The notes beneath the pieces are model-generated. The model was not told where the DNA came from, did not search any database, and saw only the letters and a list, made by a program, of their open reading frames with translations. Shown here piece after piece: positions 47,979-54,806 of a DNA stretch of 62,222 nt. Location of the stretch: IMG/VR virus record IMGVR_UViG_3300009124_000012, positions 1 to 62,222 of that record, one strand, 5' to 3'. The stretch is from a virus. Its lineage: Duplodnaviria > Caudoviricetes. Position numbers and translations under genes: made by a program. Positions within the stretch are counted from its first letter, which is position 1; each line of letters opens with the position of its first letter.

Positions 47979-48175
47979 TCCCTGTCGCTGATGTTCCAGG
48001 TGCCATAGGTGCCCTGGTCGATAGGTTGCCCATCACGGAAGGCGGCACGGATGAGGGCACGGCGTCGCTCTTCCTGACGGAGGGTCTCCATATAGGATGC
48101 CATGGCAGACTGACAGATGGGGTCGTTGGCGGCAGTCTCGTTAACCAGGAAAGCGCCGTTGTGTTGTTTGATCAT
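47975..48175 (-). CDS. early hypothetical protein
   Basis: start moved to ATG 48175 (MIKQHNGAF...) because the longer N-terminus crosses the promoter. Confidence 0.55.
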   Translation of the reverse strand: MIKQHNGAFLVNETAANDPICQSAMASYMETLRQEERRRALIRAAFRDGQPIDQGTYGTWNISDRD

Positions 48176-48181
48176 GTGCTT

Positions 48182-48240
48182 ATTATAGGGGGTCAGGTGG
48201 GCAGATCTCAGGCAGCGGTGGACACCTCGTCCGCTGTCAC
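48182..48240 (-). promoter_or_regulatory. early promoter: palindromic element plus -10 TATAAT
   Basis: GTGGACAC-ctcgtccg-CTGTCAC at 48218-48240; attata at 48182-48187. Confidence 0.7.
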
Positions 48241-48420
48241 ACGAACCCACGCCATGGGGTCACCTTTGGTGGGACACTTCCAGATGATCATATCCTCTCC
48301 ATACTTTGCCAACCACACAGAGCACAGGCGATAGGCGTGATCCATGTTCGATGCCCAGTCGCAACCGTGAGGGTCAAAGGTGCCCCATGCTGAGGGTTGG
48401 ACTGCGATGGCGTGGGTCAT
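48208..48420 (-). CDS. early hypothetical protein
   Basis: 70-aa ORF with -10 TACAAT at 48443-48448. Confidence 0.7.
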   Translation of the reverse strand: MTHAIAVQPSAWGTFDPHGCDWASNMDHAYRLCSVWLAKYGEDMIIWKCPTKGDPMAWVRVTADEVSTAA

Positions 48421-48468
48421 GTGGTGTTGTGTCGTTGGTGAAATTGTAGCACGGGGGGGGGCGACCCC

Positions 48469-48741
48469 TTAGAGGTCTGCCATCATCTCATTCATCTCGT
48501 CTGCATCGATGGCGACGCTATCCCATGCCACGCCGTCGCCAGTCTTGACAAGGTGGCGTCCGATCTGCCCATCAGTCATGCAGCGCACGAACTTCTCCCA
48601 AGGGGTCTCGTCATCAGAGCAGAACTCCACACACGCCTTAGCGGTGTTGTAGAGGAATTCATCGTTGCCGATCCAGAGGGAGGCATTCCAGGTCTCGTAG
48701 TTTGCCCAACCGTTGTAGGTGGTGTCGGTAGCGGTGCTCAT
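48469..48741 (-). CDS. early hypothetical protein (YNGWANYETW family)
   Basis: YNGWANYETWNASLWIGNDE motif, recurrent in small phage proteins; AAGGA RBS. Confidence 0.75.
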   Translation of the reverse strand: MSTATDTTYNGWANYETWNASLWIGNDEFLYNTAKACVEFCSDDETPWEKFVRCMTDGQIGRHLVKTGDGVAWDSVAIDADEMNEMMADL

Positions 48742-48765
48742 GTGTCCTTTGTTTGGTATGTGAGA

Positions 48766-48822
48766 ATTCTACAGGGTCAGGGGTGCCGATCAGGCGAGGC
48801 AGTGACGGTTTGCCCACTGTCC
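48766..48822 (-). promoter_or_regulatory. early promoter: palindromic element plus -10 TAGAAT
   Basis: GTGACGGT-ttgccc-ACTGTCC at 48802-48822; attcta at 48766-48771. Confidence 0.6.
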
Positions 48823-48999
48823 TTTGGAGGTGTCGCCGCTGAACCACAGCATCTTAAGGATCTCCCAGCGGTTAACGTGGGTGTGACGGTACTCCACCAG
48901 GCAACCCTTAAACCAGCGAACCCGAGCGGTGCCCGTGATGGGGTTCAGTCGCAAGGTCCAAACGCTGGTGCTGTCGTTGCAGTTGATGGGGAATCGCAT
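48790..48999 (-). CDS. early hypothetical protein
   Basis: 69-aa ORF ending SKGQWAN. Confidence 0.65.
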   Translation of the reverse strand: MRFPINCNDSTSVWTLRLNPITGTARVRWFKGCLVEYRHTHVNRWEILKMLWFSGDTSKGQWANRHCLA

Positions 49000-49028
49000 G
49001 TGATTTAGTGAATGAATGAATAAGTGAA

Positions 49029-49199
49029 TTAGTCTCCCAATTCGATAACAGTATGTCCGAGGTAATCTTCAACCCAGACAGTGGAATTAGACTCACTATA
49101 CATCGAATAGGCAACATCGATAGCATGATCCTGAGAAGCACAATTCTCAGTTTCGTTGAGTGCTGGACAGTGAACTGTGTAGACCAAAATCGAACTCAT
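49029..49199 (-). CDS. early hypothetical protein
   Basis: start moved to ATG 49199 (MSSILVYTVHCP) downstream of the promoter. Confidence 0.6.
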   Translation of the reverse strand: MSSILVYTVHCPALNETENCASQDHAIDVAYSMYSESNSTVWVEDYLGHTVIELGD

Positions 49200-49214
49200 T
49201 TCTTTGACCCTTCT

Positions 49215-49273
49215 ACAATACACGATTTTGAGGTCTGTGCCGTGTGCTTGTGCCACTTTGACCAACTGTCCAC
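49215..49273 (-). promoter_or_regulatory. early promoter: palindromic element plus -10 TATTGT
   Basis: GTGCCACT-ttgacca-ACTGTCCAC at 49250-49273. Confidence 0.65.
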
Positions 49274-49329
49274 TGGCGGCTGACCTGGGTATCATTTAGT
49301 GATACCACAGTTAGTGTTAATTAGTGCCC

Positions 49330-49497
49330 CTAATTCTCCTCCCTCACAGTGTGAATGTGGAAGTTAGGATTGAGGCGCTGGCATGTCTCAATTGCCTCCT
49401 TTTTACTGGGGCTAATGTATGCTAACTCATCTCTCATTAACCAACCATTAGCACGTTCAAATCGTCCGCTGATAATGAATTTAGTCTCTTCAATCAT
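49330..49497 (-). CDS. early hypothetical protein
   Basis: MIEETKFIISG..., start overlaps the upstream stop. Confidence 0.55.
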   Translation of the reverse strand: MIEETKFIISGRFERANGWLMRDELAYISPSKKEAIETCQRLNPNFHIHTVREEN

Positions 49498-49642
49498 AGG
49501 GAAAGAATGCAGAACGGGTTGAATCTGTTGTGTAAGGAATATCAAAATCCTCACCAAACATTTGATAGTAGAACTCACTGAAGATAGCGAAATCGTCTGG
49601 CGTTTCGCTATTCCAGACCTTGAGAATTTCAGAGTACATCAT
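49490..49642 (-). CDS. small acidic protein (50 aa, not in the ORF track)
   Basis: MMYSEILKVWNSETPDDFAIFSEFYYQMFGEDFDIPYTTDSTRSAFFPYD; TGATG coupling to the upstream ORF. Confidence 0.55.
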   Translation of the reverse strand: MMYSEILKVWNSETPDDFAIFSEFYYQMFGEDFDIPYTTDSTRSAFFPYD

Positions 49643-49803
49643 CACTGATCAGCAAACATTCCGAAGTGTGCATCCAGCACGAAGTCCACCACGTCATCAG
49701 TGGCAGACACGTTGAAGCGGTCGCAGAACCAGTCCAGTGCCATGTCACCAGAGCACATGGTATCAAACATGAAATCTTGGAGTTCAGTCAGGCGATCAGT
49801 CAT
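49642..49803 (-). CDS. small acidic protein (53 aa, not in the ORF track)
   Basis: MTDRLTELQDFMFDTMCSGDMALDWFCDRFNVSATDDVVDFVLDAHFGMFADQ, directly after a promoter. Confidence 0.6.
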   Translation of the reverse strand: MTDRLTELQDFMFDTMCSGDMALDWFCDRFNVSATDDVVDFVLDAHFGMFADQ

Positions 49804-49827
49804 CAGTTCGTTTTGTGTCATGTAGAC

Positions 49828-49886
49828 ATTATAGGCACAGGGTTTGGCGATCTGGGGTCAGTGGTGGACAGTCTGCCAACTGGTCA
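49828..49886 (-). promoter_or_regulatory. early promoter: palindromic element plus -10 TATAAT
   Basis: GTGGACAGT-ctgcca-ACTGGTCA at 49864-49886; attata at 49828-49833. Confidence 0.7.
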
Positions 49887-49905
49887 GGCAGCTGACCAGT
49901 TTGTG

Positions 49906-50121
49906 TTACTTTGCGTCAGGAATGAGGTCGATCAATGTATCTTCATCATATAAATCTACGATCTCTTCAGTGATCTCATCCCATGTCATCTTTTCATACT
50001 CTCGTGTCAACAAATCGAAGAGCATTTGATCAGCAGATTTGTGATCCAAACCGTCGATAATATGCCAAGCATAGTTCTCAACGAGACCTTCGAGATCTTG
50101 CTGGTTTGGTGATGGTTGCAT
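49906..50121 (-). CDS. early acidic hypothetical protein
   Basis: start moved to ATG 50121 (MQPSPNQQDL). Confidence 0.6.
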   Translation of the reverse strand: MQPSPNQQDLEGLVENYAWHIIDGLDHKSADQMLFDLLTREYEKMTWDEITEEIVDLYDEDTLIDLIPDAK

Positions 50122-50143
50122 CGTGTTGTTTGTTGTTGACACA

Positions 50144-50202
50144 ATCATAAGAGGATTTGATCCCTGTTGTGCTGCTAACTGTGTCACTTTAGAAACTGTC
50201 AC
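50144..50202 (-). promoter_or_regulatory. early promoter: palindromic element plus -10 TATGAT
   Basis: GTGTCACT-ttagaa-ACTGTCAC at 50181-50202. Confidence 0.65.
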
Positions 50203-50342
50203 TGTTGAGTGGTGTATTCTACTTCGATAGTGATATTGTTAGTAATATCATCGTAGATATCACTATCGATATATCCATTCAAGATATCTTCAAGGATTTG
50301 TTCATTCATCTCTTGATACATTTCATGAATAGTCATAGTCAT
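50199..50342 (-). CDS. small acidic protein (47 aa, not in the ORF track)
   Basis: MTMTIHEMYQEMNEQILEDILNGYIDSDIYDDITNNITIEVEYTTQQ. Confidence 0.45.
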   Translation of the reverse strand: MTMTIHEMYQEMNEQILEDILNGYIDSDIYDDITNNITIEVEYTTQQ

Positions 50343-50418
50343 CTTAGAATACCATTGGTATTATAACATAGACTATTTAAATAGTAAATTCTTAAATTTG
50401 AAGTTTTTTAAAAATATG

Positions 50419-50455
50419 AAAAATCCCACTTTCTCAAATTAATGAAAAAGTGGGA
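50419..50455 (-). terminator. probable intrinsic terminator
   Basis: 13-bp stem TCCCACTTTCTCA/TGAAAAAGTGGGA (1 mismatch) followed by T5 on the minus strand, just after the 50466 stop. Confidence 0.55.
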
Positions 50456-50465
50456 AATTTGTAAA

Positions 50466-50813
50466 TCAAGCAAAACAGTAACCGTTGGAGAATTCCTTAG
50501 TCGTGAAAACATTCTTGCCGTTGATTGCACCAGTGAATACACGAACGAACCACTGATAGTTCTTTTGGAATACACCCTCGCCTGCAATGCAATGCTCACT
50601 GCAGATAGCATTCAGACGAGATTTGGTGGTGGTGGATTGCCAACCACCATCATAAATCATCACGTAGTCATCACCCACAGTAGCAATGTGGTTGCCATGA
50701 AGAAACACATCGGAGGTGCCATCTTCCTTGTTGTATACCACTTCAGTGTTGGCAGACTTCCAGTTGATGTTGCTGCTGATAGCGGCGTTCATCTGCTGTT
50801 CGATCTTACGCAT
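50466..50813 (-). CDS. conserved cyanophage early protein
   Basis: MRKIEQQMNAAI...VFLHGNHIA...GGWQSTTTKSRLNAI...VFQKNYQWFV; start set at ATG 50813. Confidence 0.75.
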   Translation of the reverse strand: MRKIEQQMNAAISSNINWKSANTEVVYNKEDGTSDVFLHGNHIATVGDDYVMIYDGGWQSTTTKSRLNAICSEHCIAGEGVFQKNYQWFVRVFTGAINGKNVFTTKEFSNGYCFA

Positions 50814-50842
50814 GGTTTGGTGTGGTTGTTTGATCTGTACGT

Positions 50843-50900
50843 AGTATGGCACCCCTGCAGGTCAATTGCAAGGGGTAGTGGACACTAGGTGGACTGTCAC
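50843..50900 (-). promoter_or_regulatory. early promoter: palindromic element plus TTGCAA-N17-CATACT
   Basis: GTGGACACT-aggtgg-ACTGTCAC at 50878-50900; agtatg at 50843-50848. Confidence 0.7.
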
Positions 50901-51079
50901 CCTCCGAACTGATCATCCATAAATGCACTATCCTGTCCAAACATTTCCTCAAAGAGGTTCATAACCTTGGCATCAGTTTCTAATGCTAACTGGCAAGGAT
51001 CTTTGATGTCATTAATGGCAAGCAATTCTTGACCAGAGAGTGTAGAATGCATTTTGCCGTTAGGACCAGTGAAAAGCAT
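50897..51079 (-). CDS. early hypothetical protein
   Basis: 60-aa ORF between two promoter cassettes. Confidence 0.65.
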   Translation of the reverse strand: MLFTGPNGKMHSTLSGQELLAINDIKDPCQLALETDAKVMNLFEEMFGQDSAFMDDQFGG

Positions 51080-51101
51080 GTGAATTCCTGAACTTGTATA
51101 T

Positions 51102-51159
51102 ACAATACAGGATATCGGTGCCAGTGGGGTGATTAGTGGACACTACAGAAACTGTCCAC
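51102..51159 (-). promoter_or_regulatory. early promoter: palindromic element plus -10 TATTGT
   Basis: GTGGACACT-acagaa-ACTGTCCAC at 51136-51159 (near-perfect palindrome). Confidence 0.7.
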
Positions 51160-51178
51160 TGATGTCACCAAATATTAG

Positions 51179-51340
51179 TTAACTACGATAGTCTTCAATT
51201 TCGTCGTGGTCTTTAAACTTTGCAGTCTTTTTAGAGCGGTTACTGTATCGTTTCCGATTTTGGACTGCATAACCAAAGTCTTCGTAATCATCGACGAACT
51301 CTTGATACTTTGGAGACGAATATTTGTTGTTTTTGGACAT
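51179..51340 (-). CDS. small charged protein (53 aa, not in the ORF track)
   Basis: MSKNNKYSSPKYQEFVDDYEDFGYAVQNRKRYSNRSKKTAKFKDHDEIEDYRS. Confidence 0.55.
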   Translation of the reverse strand: MSKNNKYSSPKYQEFVDDYEDFGYAVQNRKRYSNRSKKTAKFKDHDEIEDYRS

Positions 51341-51382
51341 GATCAACTGAAAATTACTTGTTATTAGTAATATTATACAATT

Positions 51383-51613
51383 TTATTTAGATTCAGTCAC
51401 TAATTGACTGATTTTTTCTGTTTTGATTGCATTTGTAATGAATTTACCAATACTTTCTTCATTCTGAATAGTATTCTGTAAATCTTTTACAAAATCAGTA
51501 TCGATAACACTATAATTGTACAATTTATCAGAAGAATTAAACACAATACTAACTACTTCTTCTTTAATAGTTAATTCTTTAATTGCTGAAGACTTGAGAT
51601 TAGTGAAATTCAC
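51383..51613 (-). CDS. KTSC-domain-like small protein (very AT-rich, GTG start)
   Basis: SSAIKEL...VSIVFNSSDKLYNY...ESIGKFI resembles the KTSC pattern SS.I......L.V.F..G..Y.Y......S.G.F. Confidence 0.45.
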   Translation of the reverse strand: MNFTNLKSSAIKELTIKEEVVSIVFNSSDKLYNYSVIDTDFVKDLQNTIQNEESIGKFITNAIKTEKISQLVTESK

Positions 51614-51648
51614 AGTTTTTTAAAAAAATTAAAAGTTGAGTTTTTTAA

Positions 51649-51728
51649 GTTTTCTGAATTTCTCAAAATCTCAAAAAAGTGAAAAAGTGAAAAATAGCAA
51701 AAACACGATTTTGAGAAATTCAGAAAAC
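51649..51728. repeat. perfect 22-bp inverted repeat with a 36-nt loop
   Basis: GTTTTCTGAATTTCTCAAAATC (51649-51670) and GATTTTGAGAAATTCAGAAAAC (51707-51728) are exact reverse complements. Confidence 0.95.
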
Positions 51729-51758
51729 CCGCCGTTATGCCCCCTTGAGGACCTCTGT

Positions 51759-51816
51759 ATTATACTGTAGGTACTGAGACCCTCGGAGGACCTTTGTGCC
51801 ACCTTAGAGACTGTCA
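51759..51816 (-). promoter_or_regulatory. early promoter: palindromic element plus -10 TATAAT, firing into the inverted repeat
   Basis: GTGCCAC-cttagag-ACTGTCA at 51796-51816; attata at 51759-51764. Confidence 0.6.
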
Positions 51817-51897
51817 TAGAGGCACTTGACAATCGATGCAGGGCGGGCTAAGACAACAACTCCTCCGCACCTTACCTATATTTTTTTAACCATTTCT

Positions 51898-51939
51898 TTT
51901 TCCACAGGTTTTTCCACAGAGTTTTCCACAATCTCCACA
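51898..51939 (+). repeat. three tandem TTTTCCACA (cyanobacterial DnaA-box) repeats at 12-bp period plus one degenerate copy
   Basis: TTTTCCACA at 51898, 51910 and 51922; ATCTCCACA at 51931. Confidence 0.8.
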
Positions 51940-51974
51940 AATAGTGTTAAAGAACCCTGACAGGCACTAGAGAG

Positions 51975-52157
51975 CTACTCTGCGGATACTATGGAGTTAC
52001 TATGTCTAATGATTAGTTTTTGTTGTTGTCGTTGGAGTTCGTATTTAACTGGGATGAGGTGATTACGAATGAACTTATTGTACTGATTTGTACTTGTCAG
52101 TTTAAGTAACTCGTTAATGTGTATGAGTGCTATGTCTAGTTGTTGTTGTTCTATCAT
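51975..52157 (-). CDS. hypothetical protein
   Basis: MIEQQQLDIAL...HLIPVKYELQRQ; start set at ATG 52157. Confidence 0.6.
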   Translation of the reverse strand: MIEQQQLDIALIHINELLKLTSTNQYNKFIRNHLIPVKYELQRQQQKLIIRHSNSIVSAE

Positions 52158-52204
52158 TGAGAGAGACGTAGACGATAATCTTCTAATTTTTGTTGGGGAA
52201 CAGT

Positions 52205-52501
52205 TCAATCTTCCTTGAGTTCATTATCTTGATACTCTCGGATTGCTTCTTCTTTGACCTTGTACCAGTCGTAGATTTTGTTGCGTTCTTTGTAGATTTC
52301 TTTGAGACGCCTGCTGATTGCTTTACTTTTATCTGAGTGCTTGTTGTTTTTCTTTTTGGGTGTACAATGAGCAGCATCATAGAGATGATCTAAGATGACA
52401 CCCAACTCATTATAGCGTGTGGTGTTCATATGTTGTAGTGCTTGTACTTGTTCTTTACGAACAATTGCCTCAACTTCTTGCCACTGTCGTTCAGTCAACA
52501 T
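52205..52501 (-). CDS. hypothetical protein
   Basis: 98-aa helical ORF overlapping the upstream stop. Confidence 0.6.
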   Translation of the reverse strand: MLTERQWQEVEAIVRKEQVQALQHMNTTRYNELGVILDHLYDAAHCTPKKKNNKHSDKSKAISRRLKEIYKERNKIYDWYKVKEEAIREYQDNELKED

Positions 52502-53171
52502 AGTTGTTCTCCTGTAACCACTTGTATGTAAGAGGGGTCGGTTTGTAATCCGTCCACATAGATTTATTAGCGCAGGACTTTAATGCTTTCATGGTCATTC
52601 CTTCAGTATATCCTGCCCATGCTGCTTCTGCTTCCCAAGGTACAGCAGACTTTGGATATGTACGTTCTGCCATTACTCTCCAGATCATAGGAACATCATC
52701 CTCTGGTTTAATAATAGCAATCATAGAGTTCTTGATAGAACCTGCCATACAATCTTGTGCGGCGTGCCATCCTTCATGACGCATTACTTTCATCAACGTA
52801 CCAGGATCATCCATATACCTCTTGTTAAGGAAGAAGTTATTACCTACAGTATGATACACACCACGGTGCATCTCGGGGAAATAACGCTCATCAGCAAGAA
52901 ATACTTTCACACCAATAGTATTCAAACTGGAGAGCATGTTATTGAACTCCAGTGCCACTGGTGTATACTCTTCAGTGTTAGGATACTGTGAGGAGATATC
53001 AAGCATAGAATATACTTGCTTCACATCTTTTGTACACTCACGCATCAACATACATCCCATAGCATCCATACTATAGAAACCTTTGGTGATCTTGTCCTCA
53101 TTGGCAAGGGCAAGACTAGACATCGAGAGTGATATTGTCGTCAGGATTGCGGGGATTAGCGAACGTATCAT
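52491..53171 (-). CDS. exported HExxH zinc-metallopeptidase-like protein
   Basis: signal-peptide-like MIRSLIPAILTTISLSMSSLALA; RGVY, MRHEGWHAAQDC, downstream EAEA. Confidence 0.6.
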   Translation of the reverse strand: MIRSLIPAILTTISLSMSSLALANEDKITKGFYSMDAMGCMLMRECTKDVKQVYSMLDISSQYPNTEEYTPVALEFNNMLSSLNTIGVKVFLADERYFPEMHRGVYHTVGNNFFLNKRYMDDPGTLMKVMRHEGWHAAQDCMAGSIKNSMIAIIKPEDDVPMIWRVMAERTYPKSAVPWEAEAAWAGYTEGMTMKALKSCANKSMWTDYKPTPLTYKWLQENNYVD

Positions 53172-53292
53172 AGTTGTATGTGTAATAAAGGAAGTTGTTG
53201 ATGCTGCGCTCAATGCCCAGCGATGCTTTCACATCCAACCATGATTGATACTCTAGTTGGAGATCTTCACCTAATTCAAGAGTGACTTTCAT
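53116..53292 (-). CDS. small protein (58 aa, not in the ORF track)
   Basis: MKVTLELGEDLQLEYQSWLDVKASLGIERSINNFLYY...; ATGA coupling to the upstream stop at 53289-53292. Confidence 0.55.
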   Translation of the reverse strand: MKVTLELGEDLQLEYQSWLDVKASLGIERSINNFLYYTYNYDTFANPRNPDDNITLDV

Positions 53293-53504
53293 TCTGGGTC
53301 AGCAAAGAGTTCATTCTCATTGAAGAACAACAGTTCCTCACTGTCAATGTCTGCCAACCACTCATACAGTTCATCTGCAAGGGCAATAGCATCATCAACA
53401 CGATTGTCTTGCATCAATTCGATGAAACGCTCGTGTGCTTGATCTACAATCAGATCGACCTGACGAGAGACGGAGTTTGCTTCAGTTGAGGTGACGTTTT
53501 TCAT
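53289..53504 (-). CDS. acidic hypothetical protein
   Basis: 71 aa, ATGA-coupled. Confidence 0.7.
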   Translation of the reverse strand: MKNVTSTEANSVSRQVDLIVDQAHERFIELMQDNRVDDAIALADELYEWLADIDSEELLFFNENELFADPE

Positions 53505-53728
53505 GATTTGACGGTGACGAGGTTTTGCAGGTGATCGTACTGAACAAATTCTACTTCAGTAGGCAGTGATTGCACTACTGCTGCGGCAAATTCGTTAGGA
53601 AACTTACCAAAGTAACGCCAGAACTTTTCGATCTCTTCATCAGACAGACTTTCCTTAGGTTTTGGTTGCAGATCTTGCACAGACAACGGTGCAAGCAATT
53701 CTTTTACATGATCAGTGATAAAATTCAT
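53501..53728 (-). CDS. hypothetical protein
   Basis: 75 aa, ATGA-coupled. Confidence 0.7.
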   Translation of the reverse strand: MNFITDHVKELLAPLSVQDLQPKPKESLSDEEIEKFWRYFGKFPNEFAAAVVQSLPTEVEFVQYDHLQNLVTVKS

Positions 53729-53946
53729 TTGACAAATACCGTGGAGGGTGAATAGGTTTGCAGGAAGTCAACAGCAGTCTTGTACATTTTATATTCTTCT
53801 GGGAGCATATCATCCCATTCGAGTGTGTCACCTGCTGTCCAATCAATAGTGCCGTCGTCATCATCTACGAGATACGATACGGGTGCTCCGTTCTCAAGCA
53901 TGATTGCCTCACCATTGATGACGACATACATGAGATCGTGGTTCAT
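53725..53946 (-). CDS. hypothetical protein
   Basis: 73 aa, AGGAG RBS. Confidence 0.75.
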   Translation of the reverse strand: MNHDLMYVVINGEAIMLENGAPVSYLVDDDDGTIDWTAGDTLEWDDMLPEEYKMYKTAVDFLQTYSPSTVFVK

Positions 53947-53972
53947 GGTTCTCCTGAAGTGTGAATGAATGT

Positions 53973-54001
53973 AGTGTACTATGTATGACGCGGAATGTCA
54001 A
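53973..54001 (-). promoter_or_regulatory. sigma70-type promoter TTGACA-N17-TACACT
   Basis: tgtcaa at 53996-54001 and agtgta at 53973-53978. Confidence 0.75.
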
Positions 54002-54363
54002 CGCTGGTAGAGATAACCGCCTGCCCAATCAGCATTTGCAAGCAACCACTCACGATCTTTGATCAGGAGCAGATTGTAACGAACATGCTTAGCAGGCGCT
54101 TTGGTGTTAGCGGGTTTGTACACATCACCAGTCTTCTTGTCAATGAAGGCGTGGATGCTATCACGACGACCGTTGATGGTCATGAAGATCTTGTGATACT
54201 TACGACCAGAACTATCAAGTTCATAACCGTAATTGTACCCAACAGAAGTAGGAGCAACTTGGGTGAGCGCATCACACAGCATCAGACAATACTTGACGAT
54301 GTTGAGGTGAATGGTGTTGCGGGCGGTTTGCTCGGAAGCGAACTGGGCGAAGGTGGCGGTCAT
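53998..54363 (-). CDS. conserved cyanophage early protein
   Basis: GRKYHKI...SIHAFIDKKTGDVYKPA..KAPAKHVRYNLL...ADWAGGYLY; start set at ATG 54363. Confidence 0.8.
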   Translation of the reverse strand: MTATFAQFASEQTARNTIHLNIVKYCLMLCDALTQVAPTSVGYNYGYELDSSGRKYHKIFMTINGRRDSIHAFIDKKTGDVYKPANTKAPAKHVRYNLLLIKDREWLLANADWAGGYLYQR

Positions 54364-54384
54364 GTCGTTGTCTGAACTGATGTC

Positions 54385-54443
54385 AGTATAGATGGTCTTG
54401 GTGGGGTTTGGGAGACTGATCATGCCACTTCCTCAGCTGGCAC
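54385..54443 (-). promoter_or_regulatory. early promoter: palindromic element plus -10 TATACT
   Basis: ATGCCACT-tcctca-GCTGGCAC at 54422-54443; agtata at 54385-54390. Confidence 0.55.
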
Positions 54444-54641
54444 ACGGGACACGGTGAGACGCTTGAACTCATACTGACGCCATGCATCACATGCCTCATT
54501 GACCATACGATTGTGCTGACGATCCATGCCCTTGGCAGTGGTGCAACGCTTGCACTTGCGGAAATAGATGATGGGGATCTCGGTCTCGGGCATGTCGATC
54601 TCGATCTTGTAGAAGGAGTGCTTGACGACGGTGGTGGTCAT
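54420..54641 (-). CDS. early hypothetical protein
   Basis: 73 aa between two promoter cassettes; GAGGG RBS. Confidence 0.7.
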   Translation of the reverse strand: MTTTVVKHSFYKIEIDMPETEIPIIYFRKCKRCTTAKGMDRQHNRMVNEACDAWRQYEFKRLTVSRVPAEEVA

Positions 54642-54669
54642 GGGGTGTTCCCTCGATTGCTATGAACAT

Positions 54670-54728
54670 AGTATGGCACAAAAAAACCGCCTCTGGGGCG
54701 GTCAGTGGACACTTTGCCAAACTGGCAC
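54670..54728 (-). promoter_or_regulatory. early promoter cassette with an embedded terminator
   Basis: GTGGACACT-ttgccaa-ACTGGCAC at 54705-54728; -10 CATACT at 54670-54675. Confidence 0.7.
54680..54702 (-). terminator. intrinsic terminator inside the promoter spacer
   Basis: minus strand ACCGCC-CCAGA-GGCGGT-TTTTTT. Confidence 0.7.
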
Positions 54729-54806
54729 ATCATCCCCAGTTTTCCATCCATTCATCTGTAATCATGACAGTCAGGATGTGGTTGTGGAAGTTGAGAACAA
54801 ATTCTC

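Noticed and set aside
51136-51159. Early palindrome half-site (TGTCCAC) as a DnaA box
   Set aside because: It shares only TCCAC with TTTTCCACA, and other copies vary at those positions
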